A stretch of 41,779 nt of DNA from a virus (lineage: Duplodnaviria > Caudoviricetes), in the IMG/VR virus record IMGVR_UViG_3300032219_000342, positions 1-41,779 of that record, one strand, 5' to 3'. Made by a program: the position numbers and the translations under genes. Shown here piece by piece: positions 28,101 to 36,189 of the stretch (the first letter of the stretch is position 1; each line of letters begins with the position of its first letter). The notes under the pieces are model-generated. The model was not told the origin of the DNA and made no database searches. It saw only the letters and a list, made by a program, of their open reading frames with translations.

Positions 28101-30474
28101 ACTACAGAAGTTTATTATCTCCCCTTTCAATAGAGCAATTGGGTCTTATGAGAAATTTATCAGAGAGGGATTCAATGATTTCTTAAAGCTTAAGAAGAAG
28201 TATAAGATTGATGACAAGGGTATGAACAAGATTGGTATGCTAACCACATACCTTCAAGAGTACATGGCTCAGTTTGACCCTAAGAACAAAGGTGTTAAGG
28301 ATATCGGTAAGCGTGATTGGTTCAAGGAAATCTTAGCTACCGAAACCATGAGAGATGACTACTCCCCTGAAGAGCTTAAGATTATTGAAGAGATTCATAA
28401 GAGTCTACCTAAAGATAATGATGGTAATGTAAATCCAAAAGCAGTATATGATAGCTACATATCTAACGATGGCAATTTCTTTAACAAGAATGAGAAGGAT
28501 TTCTTTGATGCAATTCTAGAATGGAAGAAGAATAACTCAACATCAAAGCAGAAGGCAGCCAATGAGATGAGTGGCAATGCATTTAAGGAGATTCCTTTTC
28601 ACATGCTTAGATCAAGATACTCTGGCCAGACTTCACAGATTACCCCATCAACATCTGGTGATAATGGTATGGTAAGAATCAAAGCTGGGACTGGTAAGGA
28701 GAGAATTAGTGAGGCTGTTGGTGCAATCAACACAGACTTTGAAAAGCTATTTATAAAAGGACTAGAGCAGACTGGAAGAGATTACTTCTTGTCTAAGACA
28801 CTGAAGGATATAAATAACGTGTTGGCATCTGCTAAGAAAGAACTTAATGGAGACAAAGATCCTCTGGTTAAGGCAATATCTTATACGCTATCTGATGCAT
28901 TGGCTTACGAGTTCAGTGATACGGCTAGTCAGAACATATTGAAGAGATTGGTTCAGGCAAGAGCTGCCATGACATTGTTCGATCCTATCAGAGCAGGCGT
29001 TGAATTTACATCAACACTACTATCATTTGGTTTAAGAGCTAGAACATTATCTGGATACAAGAATTTATTCGGTAGTCAGGGAGAGATGAAAAATCTACTT
29101 GAGTTCACGGATAGCCCACTAAGACTACGTCAGAATATCAATAATGCAATTGATATCAATGATGGAAGGATAGAACCACAGGGTATGCTTATGAAGTGGA
29201 CCACATTCTTATCTGGTCTTCCAGAAAGAACAATGATGGTAACCTCGTGGATGCCAACATTCACTAGTGAGTTTCAGAATATCACGAAGGAGAAGTTCGA
29301 CATGAAGAAGTTTAATGATAGCGAAGCATACAGAGAGAAGTATGGTAAGGCAATCAAAGAAGCTTCTGCTGTAGCTGATGCTCAGACTGAGAAGATTATT
29401 GGTCCAACTACAAAGGCAGGACAGAGAAGAGACATTGTAATTGCTCCAGGCAAAACTGTTGGCAGAGACACGGTGTCTGGTCAGATCCTTGGATTTTTTA
29501 GTAACTATCCTTATAGAGAAATAACTGAATTTGTAAATGGATTCAGGGAAGCAGGAGAGGTATTGAAAAAGGGTGATACAGTAGAAGCAATCAGTCAGTT
29601 GCAAAAGCCACTGGGTATTGCATTGAATGTGGCTACTTATGGATTCTTATCATCAGTAGTATACGCCTCCAGATTAATTCTTCTTGGAGACGAGGATGAA
29701 GAGGAGAGAGGTAACAAATTGCTGGAGGAGTTGATGACTGCTAAAGGATTCATTGAGGAGACAGCAGCAAATGCAGCAGCATTAGCAGCAAGTAAGTACG
29801 CAGGGGGAGGTAGAGCTATTCTACAAGTACTAGGTACACTTGGAATGATGCTGACTGACAATGAGGAAACAAAGGCTACAATTAAAAAGATGCTAAAGGG
29901 AAGTGTCTACGTAGATCCTCTACCTACTCAGAAGTTAAGTGGATATGGCACCGCTGATAAAGTAAATACAGCAATACTAAAATACATCCCCCAGTTCGTG
30001 GTGCTTAGTAATATAATTATAGATACTATTGGATTGGGTAATGAATTAAAAGCCATAATTGACACGGTAGAAAAGAAAGGTGTGGAAGCATTGACAGAAG
30101 ATGAGAAGCTAAAAGTACTAGCATTGAGTGTCGTATTTACTGGAACTCAATTGTTACTAAACTATAGAGGGACATCCTTGCCATCTTACAACAACTTGAA
30201 AGCTGGTATGAAGAAGGTTAAGGAAGAGGCTGGAGTTGCTGATATATCTGCTGGGAAGGTTCCTGCTAAAAAGAAATCATCTGGAGGTGGAAGCAGCAGA
30301 GGTGGAGGAATGAACAAGACAGACATGAAGAAATATAAACCTGAGTTATATAATCAGATGTATGGACCTGGATCTGCCGGATATGAAGTAGAGCAGCAGG
30401 TAAAGGAATTTGAAAAGGAACAGAGAGAGTTTAAAAAGAAGATGAAGGATCAGATATATGGGGGCAAGGACTAA
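22162..30474 (+). CDS. Giant internal virion/ejection (polyvalent) protein with zincin metallopeptidase motif
   Basis: 2770 aa. HEFGH at 26164-26178 with a downstream NEALA; G/A-rich hydrophobic segments near aa 250-440 and in the C-terminal region. Confidence 0.8.
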   Translation: MEEELLKEYVSTYLNPKYNSDWDVVNSKFPELSGVDKGLLKEYVATYLNPKYNSDWDVVNSKFPELFPAGQTAAEQPIAEQQKKNRSSVSPFVDGGSELTKFDPRTGQVVQETPAFTKPKERDFSGLEVKVQDEKILTKQPRVERPIVSSESTKTDPDQIDFDGKLAKQKVSAPMSYSNIFAKTIADLPSDLAETWSVASAFIERQLGKAGVPGANPNLTAKDIYFYNVSDDWRKYTDEVFPTNQEDRSTFLGGVVSGLGQAVPMVMSGGISAVSKGKAAMDIAKAALSTGTKLTPFIKMGKDLAKQAASPSGLIGGSQMSSSMYRQAIDSGATEDQAQQYAIENFFVGTVVESLPIQSMFSRILKKEPTANILRILKEGGVGAGEEFTTEMWQATYENWSAQRIYDFNREMLDGVGEAGAVGGTVGFILNTALAALVGRRARVKTKEEEVILDKSIDEVKSKINTVNTNNENISSVAEELDSIEPIVLNYGDSKYFFARDKSGRMELADEPMLEDQAKSMSNMLGKVYKGLEFSIEEVASNDPYTPVKYNVIAKEKINEQQNAIQEQAAGQVPVQPGATVSQEVEQGVPQVEPQVTAEAGVQEEINEEDIALSGLSDGFRAVTRNSFDVRSDKEVMDNITKRKSFATSVTKNGKKYVVVGLRLNEDVGATTSGRDGYSFATIEDNGNLPANTVDVLTQKAISNISSVYPNIKNPTVDLFRPIEVQEVSPTQQPEIDAIEAQRKQALEANKGGLNKPYYLGDTEGPTLGEFINQEYDAKINALRAKATTPQVQEVTPQQVEKQRKDLDMEVKALEDLLSDPNEEPLFKKSDNDTKFGESADVVEDVVRQMNDLPSGNVTTTITPKPQKPIDIADLESRADVPVKRTTFDVIKGIPAVFSISDQLRIGNVTNPNTGNVIDRLFGGLGFGFTKGHEGFAWANTTKDEAQNLVNRAVSVYNNNKALFDDWWAKNPEYNGLVPLNIAKMAEGSIMSNEALYRVIKDNFASFPKKNKVDALNYLTNNRIPSIIDSLNKSLKNPNLAKNARKSVEKRIKALTSIQTKIKDGKLKSVDQLLDPEFYGSLSLPVRAELISQLTIGTPNKPGEQKASGLPGKNTVPRALLGIDQEASVSAKSIGQANLNKVSLSNAAEIITEPAMKDIEPRQIIAIYGIDVLNPGVKDTVHPNYKFGVNGRPIGVLENSVSIQEAYPFAYTNILESLIAQEEKSGEELKAAPIDSLINEKIPVGIGLPNLEFIGAISQGVMSNAQKLSAWINKSFPSVIMSTDAETFANVLKSDGVRVQLKGDEVVYGVTVDGDIYINPDVHNSDSALFNTTIHEFGHVWLNFLETTAEGKSLLNRGINLVKKTGEYQDQLKKFNGNQTKAANEALAILIGNRGETIVNASLKSKFQEWLLGVWKYVKDKFKLSGDLTPQEIQDLTLDQFLGTAIADLFSGKALPVGEIQLKKLKNPEAAFSKSDSIDSIVQKGRANGFSEESIKIVLDKRGFTEQAINEALGKQTPAAKKVEVTEKLPANYERMIGQLEGVIEKSLKKRGTSQETAMQNAINYLQGTKVYEEATDVQREAMFRDVRKRFKKREKSAPTAKRVLGQKKDVVTITVDLAKERDRIIKEQIKQAKEITGDLNDKRAALANSIRLFEDGGVITTAQTKTIVNRISKVNLNNPIMVDRLLAYIEKVFDNANYAADMTELRKLQRQARTKRHTSMKDFVDRFTYINPEIIPLDRIQDYKEALDFLNNLTPSYARMNEMLPEIESYQVSEEFDAAKTMDSLMSKYENIALNQVGSVEDYVNLIKDINSFKRKAFQLLQNEAIIQKDYDDLINMVGKDQAAVEKRYEKEIAQRKKDLIAEIKKQRPKTNPEFTKEENDLIREYLELSDADLQSLSPEDLFVLNDLLENVSNGEIDYYRFKNVVSKAANNKAGVEVGKQLKGSKLSLGSAELRKKMAQFESSFWEGLLGLGRATSGPLQKFIISPFNRAIGSYEKFIREGFNDFLKLKKKYKIDDKGMNKIGMLTTYLQEYMAQFDPKNKGVKDIGKRDWFKEILATETMRDDYSPEELKIIEEIHKSLPKDNDGNVNPKAVYDSYISNDGNFFNKNEKDFFDAILEWKKNNSTSKQKAANEMSGNAFKEIPFHMLRSRYSGQTSQITPSTSGDNGMVRIKAGTGKERISEAVGAINTDFEKLFIKGLEQTGRDYFLSKTLKDINNVLASAKKELNGDKDPLVKAISYTLSDALAYEFSDTASQNILKRLVQARAAMTLFDPIRAGVEFTSTLLSFGLRARTLSGYKNLFGSQGEMKNLLEFTDSPLRLRQNINNAIDINDGRIEPQGMLMKWTTFLSGLPERTMMVTSWMPTFTSEFQNITKEKFDMKKFNDSEAYREKYGKAIKEASAVADAQTEKIIGPTTKAGQRRDIVIAPGKTVGRDTVSGQILGFFSNYPYREITEFVNGFREAGEVLKKGDTVEAISQLQKPLGIALNVATYGFLSSVVYASRLILLGDEDEEERGNKLLEELMTAKGFIEETAANAAALAASKYAGGGRAILQVLGTLGMMLTDNEETKATIKKMLKGSVYVDPLPTQKLSGYGTADKVNTAILKYIPQFVVLSNIIIDTIGLGNELKAIIDTVEKKGVEALTEDEKLKVLALSVVFTGTQLLLNYRGTSLPSYNNLKAGMKKVKEEAGVADISAGKVPAKKKSSGGGSSRGGGMNKTDMKKYKPELYNQMYGPGSAGYEVEQQVKEFEKEQREFKKKMKDQIYGGKD
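22174..22359 (+). repeat. Two-copy tandem repeat, 102-bp period (LLKEYVxTYLNPKYNSDWDVVNSKFPEL)
   Basis: Copies start at 22174 and 22276; differences are mostly synonymous. Confidence 0.95.
22410..22456 (+). other. Candidate -1 programmed frameshift signal (A_AAA_AAC + stem-loop)
   Basis: A10 tract 22406-22415, in-frame heptamer 22410-22416, hairpin TTCGGTATCACCAT-TTGTGG-ATGGTGGTTCGGA starting about 5 nt later. Confidence 0.6.
23849..23980 (+). CDS. Nested small basic protein in the +1 frame of the giant gene (TAG at 23936-23938; TAA at 23978-23980 if read through)
   Basis: MPFKSKQQVKYLYSQEPQLAKKWSKEYPK*NLKSLPKRVSKKK with A-rich leader AAAAAATAAACGAACAACAAA-ATG. Confidence 0.65.
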
Positions 30475-30668
30475 AAGTCCTCCTCGTACTCTATTGTCTT
30501 GATGATATCTCTCAGATCTTTTATTAGTAACTTCACGTCATCATTAACAGATTCGTACTCTCTGTCCACGAGCTTCTCGTAGATCATAGCAACGCTGGCA
30601 TGAAAGCCTTCTGTAGTGAAGGCTATCCTTGCGGCTCTGTCTCTCTCTTCTTGGAGTCTTGCATCCAT
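30471..30668 (-). CDS. Hypothetical protein
   Basis: 65-aa helical ORF; last gene of the leftward operon. Confidence 0.7.
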   Translation of the reverse strand: MDARLQEERDRAARIAFTTEGFHASVAMIYEKLVDREYESVNDDVKLLIKDLRDIIKTIEYEEDF

Positions 30669-31084
30669 TCTTTCTCAGTTATAAAATTATAAATAGGTGT
30701 CATTCTTTCCTTTAGCAATCTAATCTCCTGCTTAAGTGCCTCATTCTCTTGCACTAATCTACCAACAATATTGTATGAATTGACAGGTTCGTCCTTAAAT
30801 TTATTCATAACCACCATCTCCTTGCACTTGAGGTATAAACTTCTGAATTTTGAATCCAGTTCAAGTAAGTCCTCAATCTTCTTTAGGTAGTACTCAGCAG
30901 CGTATCTGCTCTTCTTCATGCTAAGTGCAATGCTCTCAACGTGCATGCCTGTGTCCTTGAGTATAGAAGAGAATATCATTCGGGCTTCTACCTCACCACG
31001 ATACCTTGTGGTGGACAGAATCCTTTCACCTGTTACCAGCTCAACGATGTTCCGTAGATCATCAATCTTTTTCTGATCCTCCAT
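30623..31084 (-). CDS. DnaA domain IV (HTH)-like DNA-binding protein with coiled coil
   Basis: Likely start MEDQKK at 31084. RYRGEVEARMIFSSIL...ESIALSMKK resembles the Bac_DnaA_C pattern. Confidence 0.55.
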   Translation of the reverse strand: MEDQKKIDDLRNIVELVTGERILSTTRYRGEVEARMIFSSILKDTGMHVESIALSMKKSRYAAEYYLKKIEDLLELDSKFRSLYLKCKEMVVMNKFKDEPVNSYNIVGRLVQENEALKQEIRLLKERMTPIYNFITEKEWMQDSKKRETEPQG

Positions 31085-31316
31085 AAAAGAGTTCCGCTTT
31101 AATTCCATGTTTCTGTAGTTCTTTAATTCTATATTCCTGTAGTTTACTTGGCTTACCTGTGGCACGTTTGACTTCATAGAACTCAACGTCAGAGTCCTTA
31201 GGTATGGCTATGAGATCCGGTATACCATTCTTGTTGGTCTTGATTAGCTTGATTACATAGTATCCCTGATCCTCAAGGTCCTTGATAAGCTTAGTCTGTA
31301 CCTGCTGCTCTGTCAT
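31062..31316 (-). CDS. VRR-NUC family nuclease (Holliday junction resolvase-like)
   Basis: MTEQQVQTKLI...GIPDLIA...FYEVKRATGKPSKLQ, a PD-(D/E)xK motif. Confidence 0.88.
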   Translation of the reverse strand: MTEQQVQTKLIKDLEDQGYYVIKLIKTNKNGIPDLIAIPKDSDVEFYEVKRATGKPSKLQEYRIKELQKHGIKAELFYGGSEKD

Positions 31317-31509
31317 ATGGCTTAAAGTTTCTCTTAGCAATCATTAATGATTCTGCCTCAGTGTCAGCGAACCCTGTATCGTATGTGAACCCATCGCTGT
31401 ACCAGTACAACCACTCACCTACGTGTGATTGGAACACACCTATAGATCCTACTGGAACCTCCCTCATGTAGAATAACTTCTTTGCTTGGTCTCCTATGTA
31501 TATTATCAT
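31291..31509 (-). CDS. Hypothetical protein
   Basis: 72 aa, tightly packed in the operon. Confidence 0.65.
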   Translation of the reverse strand: MIIYIGDQAKKLFYMREVPVGSIGVFQSHVGEWLYWYSDGFTYDTGFADTEAESLMIAKRNFKPYDRAAGTD

Positions 31510-31510
31510 G

Positions 31511-31786
31511 TCAATGCATATTATTTAAGTATTCAATCATATTATTAAGAATTAATTTACGTAACTCACCTTTAATTTTTATGCCATCATACTCAACCCT
31601 ATAAGACATTATATCAAATCCTAATATCCCTCTCTGTACTACTGCTTCTACAAACCAATAGTCATCATAGTATCCAAACAAATAAACATCATCTGATAAT
31701 TTAGTAGCACCCATTTCAATAGGTCCAACTTCTCCATTATGTATCTCTATAAAATTCATTTCAAAATTTCTTTTAGTTGATTCCAA
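31511..31786 (-). CDS. Hypothetical protein (AT-rich; start may be 31760)
   Basis: ORF fills the gap; composition visibly more AT-rich than its neighbours. Confidence 0.6.
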   Translation of the reverse strand: MESTKRNFEMNFIEIHNGEVGPIEMGATKLSDDVYLFGYYDDYWFVEAVVQRGILGFDIMSYRVEYDGIKIKGELRKLILNNMIEYLNNMH

Positions 31787-31947
31787 ACTGACTCTGCATT
31801 CTCGCCCCAGTACATCTCACACTTACCATCCTTGATTGGTGATTCTATGAAGTATGATTGCCAATGTTCACATGGCTTAGCCATGTATCTGTAGCAATTT
31901 TCTTTCTGAGGACAGTTTGTGCCTGGGCACATTGTGATATCAGGCAT
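31756..31947 (-). CDS. Small Cys-rich putative metal-binding protein
   Basis: MPDITMC-x4-C-x5-CYRY...C pattern. Confidence 0.75.
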   Translation of the reverse strand: MPDITMCPGTNCPQKENCYRYMAKPCEHWQSYFIESPIKDGKCEMYWGENAESVWNQLKEILK

Positions 31948-32119
31948 TTAGTTTTTCCCTTTGTAATTCATTGATAGCAATCTCTGCCAATCTCTCCGCA
32001 TCTTTTCTAACTCTCTTATGATACTCTGAGTTGTCAGTAAATGGAGACTGCCACTTTGTGCTTGACACCTGATCATAGATTAAGGCATCGTAGAATCTTT
32101 CTGTTAGTAACTTTTTCAT
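31940..32119 (-). CDS. Hypothetical 59-aa protein (not in ORF track)
   Basis: MKKLLTERFYDAL...ELQREKLNA; overlaps both neighbours. Confidence 0.65.
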   Translation of the reverse strand: MKKLLTERFYDALIYDQVSSTKWQSPFTDNSEYHKRVRKDAERLAEIAINELQREKLNA

Positions 32120-32277
32120 GTGTTTGTTAGTTTAATAATTAAATTGTTTATGTCCTCATCTGATAGGAAGTTCTCCTTGTCAGTACTCCAATACTCTAGG
32201 TACCTGTCCCTGTGTACAGCGTACCATTTCTGTGTGTATTCGTTCCAATGAAATACGTAGTTCCAAATCTTTTCCAT
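32116..32277 (-). CDS. Hypothetical 53-aa Trp/Tyr-rich protein (not in ORF track)
   Basis: MEKIWNYVFHWNEYTQKWYAVHRDRYLEYW...; TAATG overlap with the helicase stop and ATGA overlap downstream. Confidence 0.7.
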   Translation of the reverse strand: MEKIWNYVFHWNEYTQKWYAVHRDRYLEYWSTDKENFLSDEDINNLIIKLTNT

Positions 32278-33644
32278 TATGTATTTTTAAAATGATTAAC
32301 TGTGTAGTCCTTCTTCTTTATAACTGCCTTGTACACGTCATGCTCAATGCCTCCCTTACTGAAGACCCAGTACACATGGTTGAACGAACGATCTTTTGTT
32401 GTCATCCTGTCCCTGCTCTGCCAGTAGCTCGTAGCACTGAAGTCAATGTTGTAGTACACCAAAAACTTGGCATGCCTAAGACTGATCCCCTCCCTGCCAC
32501 TAACTATCTGGAGTGCAATGCTCTTATCCGTGCTCTCAAATATACTAAGATCAGTTGTTAGTTCATCATTAAATACTGACTGTAAGGCAGATAGCTCTTC
32601 CTTAAATTTATAGAAGATCCCTATCTTACTTCCTTGAAATTTTTGTTTAATGAACTCAGCCTTGCTGGTGTCCAGCACCATGCTGTTACCACTCTCAAAC
32701 TTAATAGTCCCACTGCATAGCTGGTGCACCTTCATCATCAACTTCACTGCCGTGTCAGCCAAGATCACCTCAGTCTTGCCCTCAATCACCAAGTCTTTCT
32801 TTAGTCTCTTAATAAGCTGCATGGTAGACTCCTTCATCTCCACCTCTAGGATCTCCTCAGTAACTGATGACACGAACCCTGCATCCTTCTGTGAGAAGTT
32901 TATCATGTGTGGCTTCATCTCCTCGATGATACTATCCAACCCATCGCTGTAGTCATTGATGAATAGACCATTGATGTTCTTCTGCTTCACCTTCACATGA
33001 ACCTCAACAAACTTATAGAAGTTAACGAACCGCTTGAATGGACTCTTGGGTATGCCGTACACCTGATGGTACATCTGTGAGTAGCTCTCCGGTGTTGGAG
33101 TACCCGACATGAGTATCACCATAGGCTTATACTTAGAGATGGCGTGTCGTATCATTACAGCCCGATTGCTGGGCTTTGGGAACGCACCTATACTATGTGC
33201 CTCATCGATGACTATCAAGTCAAATTTAAAGCTGTCTACCACGTTGTGAAGGCTCTCATAGTTCACCACCTTTATGGTGAAGCTAGGCTTCAGCAAATCG
33301 TAGTCCTTCTCGATGCTGCCGATGGCCTTCTTCTTGGTTACGAACAGCACAGATTTAGCTCCGCACTCACTGGCTATGCCTAGGCTAGTCAATGTCTTGC
33401 CTGTCCGCACCTCCATCGCTAGGTACACGAAGCCATATGTCTCAATGGCTCGTGTTCCCTTTGATATAATCTCCCTCTGGTATGGTCTAAACTGCATGCT
33501 ATATGTCCCGTAATAAGATAGACTGTTCTTTATTTTAGTTACTACATCTGGATCAACAAACTTACTCTTTGATACCACATCGTAAAGTGTACCGCAGTAT
33601 CGTAGCATCTGCTGATCTGAATAACCAGGTACTCTATCAATCAT
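32277..33644 (-). CDS. SF2 (SNF2-like) DNA helicase
   Basis: Q motif FRPYQ, Walker A MEVRTGKT, Walker B IDEAH, motif III SGTP, motif VI QSRDR. Confidence 0.92.
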   Translation of the reverse strand: MIDRVPGYSDQQMLRYCGTLYDVVSKSKFVDPDVVTKIKNSLSYYGTYSMQFRPYQREIISKGTRAIETYGFVYLAMEVRTGKTLTSLGIASECGAKSVLFVTKKKAIGSIEKDYDLLKPSFTIKVVNYESLHNVVDSFKFDLIVIDEAHSIGAFPKPSNRAVMIRHAISKYKPMVILMSGTPTPESYSQMYHQVYGIPKSPFKRFVNFYKFVEVHVKVKQKNINGLFINDYSDGLDSIIEEMKPHMINFSQKDAGFVSSVTEEILEVEMKESTMQLIKRLKKDLVIEGKTEVILADTAVKLMMKVHQLCSGTIKFESGNSMVLDTSKAEFIKQKFQGSKIGIFYKFKEELSALQSVFNDELTTDLSIFESTDKSIALQIVSGREGISLRHAKFLVYYNIDFSATSYWQSRDRMTTKDRSFNHVYWVFSKGGIEHDVYKAVIKKKDYTVNHFKNT

Positions 33645-36027
33645 TCGAATGAATTATAATCCACCTACCCATCATGTCTCTGCCCTCCTCTGGTGCAACA
33701 CCATACTTGAACAGACCATATGATACCAACCACTTGTAGAACTTAGTCCTGCTGATTGTCATCTTAGACTTTGGTCCGTAGTCAGGGTACTCGTTGACGA
33801 AGTCATTGTACAGCTCGTTCTTGTACAGCCTTGTATCTGTCTCCAGCGTGTTGTTCGTAGGCTGACCCTCCACCAGACCGCACCACTCGATGAAGTCATG
33901 AGCGGTCTCCGCAGATAGCTGTCTGATCTTTAGGTTCACGAAATTACTCTTCACTATACCTGTATGTAGGTAGTTGGATAGACACCCGATCATGTAGTTG
34001 TCAAACTCACACCAGTCATCATCATTCCAGTCCCCGAACATCAGCTTACCAAACTCATCCAATGGCGTGAACGACTTGGAGTAGTGCTGGTGTAGCTCCA
34101 GTTCAGACTTACGTCTGGCAAAGCTGTTGCCCGATCCCTTGATGGCATAGTTAGTAGTGATGGCAATCTTTGGAGACTTACTGAATGGGATCTTAATCGC
34201 ATCCTTGTTCTTCTTCTCCAGAGTTAAGCCTTCAGTCACCACGCTAAACAAACGCTCAAATTCAAAGTACTTCTTCACATCATCGAACACTAGGATTTGG
34301 GTATCAGCAGACACCAGCTGGTAGGCGAAGCTTCGCTCAAATGCAAAGGACTTACCATCAATCGTTACCACCTTCTTCATCTTTGCTAGTGCGTTCATGA
34401 ACAGACCCTTGCCTGTGCCACCCTCAGGGTTGTCGCTGATCACCTCATCGTTTAGGATCACTGCCGGACAGAAGCTTAGGTTCTTGTAGCCATGCATCAG
34501 GAACCCTATGTTACTCTCCATCGCCTGTACCCTACCAGCATCACCCCCACAGATGTTAAGTATGAACTTCTTGTAGTCACACGCATCCGTTACATCACAC
34601 ATGATGAAGTTGCGATCAATCACGTGATCATTCCACACATATCCACCCAAGTCAAGGTAGTCGATAGCCTTAACACCAGTCTTGGTAACCTGCACAGCAC
34701 AGTTCTTGTAGTATAGGTAGGATGTGTCCTTGGTATCCTCAATAAATAAGATGTCTATGGTTGACAGCATCGATAGGAACTCCTCCTTGAAGAACCTAGT
34801 GTTGTCTGCAAAGTAGTTGTACACCCCGATGTCATCCAGCTCTAGCAGATGGTTCAGCACGTAGTCCTTCATCTCCTTCTCAGAGGTGTGGTCTATCAGG
34901 TTGTTGGTGACCTTGACAAACACGTAGTTCTTACTACCCTCAGGGCAGAACTTGTAGAACCCATTGTCCTCAAGGAACTGCTTAAATAGAATGTGTACTA
35001 TTCGTATGACTCCCTTATCGCTCTTGTCCCAGAATGTCTTCTTTGAGTTCTCCTCCTCCACCTTGGTCAAGACCGCTTCGATAGTATCCGTATCCAGTTG
35101 AGAGTCCTGTAGCTGAATACGTATTTCTTTTTTTGATACACCCCTTCTTAGCTTAGCCTTGATGGAGTTGATCTTCTCCTCATCCTCGTAGTACTTGGTA
35201 CCAAAGTTACCAGTTTGTCGGTAGGCTGAGTCAATTGTCATACCTATCTCACGTACAGTGAAGTCCTCTGTAGCATACTCGTTCAGCACGTAGGATGCAA
35301 GGGGCTTGCTGATACCGAAGTCATTGAATGCCATCGCTAGGATGTACACGTTATGGTTTCGCTGTCCCTCAATCATTGGGTACTTCTTAGTCCACCACTT
35401 GACAAGGATCTCAATCACCTTGTTCTCATCTGTGATAGGTATGGTTGGCTTGTCCTTGAACTTACTTACCTCCGTGTACTCTAGATCCTCTATGACATCC
35501 CACAGGGACGAGTTCTCGTTAACGAATATCAGTGGATCGTATGACTCGTAGCATACACGTGATACGTTCTTACTAGTCTTGTCGAAGTACTGGCTGTTGA
35601 AGTGCTTCTCTAGGCTGTTGAAATAGTTGATGTGGTTGTCTTGATCGGCCGGTATTTTTACCAATACCTTCAAGCCATTGCCAGATGGTGATAAGAATAC
35701 GGAGTAAACGTACTTGTTCTTTGACATCCTCTCCTTGTCCTCATTTAAGTCCTTGGTCTTCTGATAGCCATCAAAGTCTAGGCATATCAAACCTGAGTGC
35801 TGAATCAGGGATGCATCTGTTCTCTTGTTGAATATACCACTAAAGCATATGGCAGGCAGTAACTTCTTCAAGTCATTCCTCTCCTGCTTATTCTTCTCTG
35901 CTCTGATCCTCTTGATCAGATCCTTGGATGATCCAGATCGTATTCTGTCAAGGATTAGACTCACATTCCTAGGGAATGGGGTACTAGTATCCTTGATACT
36001 CTGGAATATTGTCACTTGATATGTCAT
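33637..36027 (-). CDS. Primase-helicase: AEP (VirE_N/BT4734-like) + PriCT + SF3-like ATPase
   Basis: KKLLPAICFSG, LICLDFD, SPSGNGLK and SYDP motifs; EGQRN (PriCT); Walker A GGTGKG, Walker B FDD, ITTN. Confidence 0.9.
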   Translation of the reverse strand: MTYQVTIFQSIKDTSTPFPRNVSLILDRIRSGSSKDLIKRIRAEKNKQERNDLKKLLPAICFSGIFNKRTDASLIQHSGLICLDFDGYQKTKDLNEDKERMSKNKYVYSVFLSPSGNGLKVLVKIPADQDNHINYFNSLEKHFNSQYFDKTSKNVSRVCYESYDPLIFVNENSSLWDVIEDLEYTEVSKFKDKPTIPITDENKVIEILVKWWTKKYPMIEGQRNHNVYILAMAFNDFGISKPLASYVLNEYATEDFTVREIGMTIDSAYRQTGNFGTKYYEDEEKINSIKAKLRRGVSKKEIRIQLQDSQLDTDTIEAVLTKVEEENSKKTFWDKSDKGVIRIVHILFKQFLEDNGFYKFCPEGSKNYVFVKVTNNLIDHTSEKEMKDYVLNHLLELDDIGVYNYFADNTRFFKEEFLSMLSTIDILFIEDTKDTSYLYYKNCAVQVTKTGVKAIDYLDLGGYVWNDHVIDRNFIMCDVTDACDYKKFILNICGGDAGRVQAMESNIGFLMHGYKNLSFCPAVILNDEVISDNPEGGTGKGLFMNALAKMKKVVTIDGKSFAFERSFAYQLVSADTQILVFDDVKKYFEFERLFSVVTEGLTLEKKNKDAIKIPFSKSPKIAITTNYAIKGSGNSFARRKSELELHQHYSKSFTPLDEFGKLMFGDWNDDDWCEFDNYMIGCLSNYLHTGIVKSNFVNLKIRQLSAETAHDFIEWCGLVEGQPTNNTLETDTRLYKNELYNDFVNEYPDYGPKSKMTISRTKFYKWLVSYGLFKYGVAPEEGRDMMGRWIIIHSND
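35089..35134 (-). other. Candidate -1 frameshift signal (A_AAA_AAA + stem-loop) between primase and helicase domains
   Basis: Minus strand TCA AAA AAA GAA ATA, followed by a 9-bp stem CGTATTCAG/CTGGATACG after a 6-nt spacer. Confidence 0.45.
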
Positions 36028-36180
36028 AAATGTCTAATAAATGTTGTAAATATGTCGGTTAACTCACTGATAGTAAGCTCAATGTCGATTATGTCAATTT
36101 CAAATTTAAAATGAGATCAGAAAAATAATAATAATAATATATAAATAGTATATATATATAGGAAAAATTAAAAACGACAT
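36021..36180. other. Putative replication origin (ATGTC iterons + AT-rich tract)
   Basis: ATGTC at 36021, 36030, 36052, 36082 and 36091, ATGTT at 36041, inverted CGACAT at 36175. Nearly pure A/T at 36121-36174. Confidence 0.6.
36101..36108 (-). promoter_or_regulatory. Bacteroidota -7 box (TAAATTTG) for the primase-helicase operon
   Basis: CAAATTTA on the + strand, between the terminator and the primase start. Confidence 0.5.
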
Positions 36181-36189
36181 AGTCTGGAG

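Noticed and set aside
30623-31340. Extended starts given by the ORF track (31186, 31340; likewise 38524, 40850)
   Set aside because: They overlap neighbouring genes or promoters heavily; downstream ATGs fit operon packing better.
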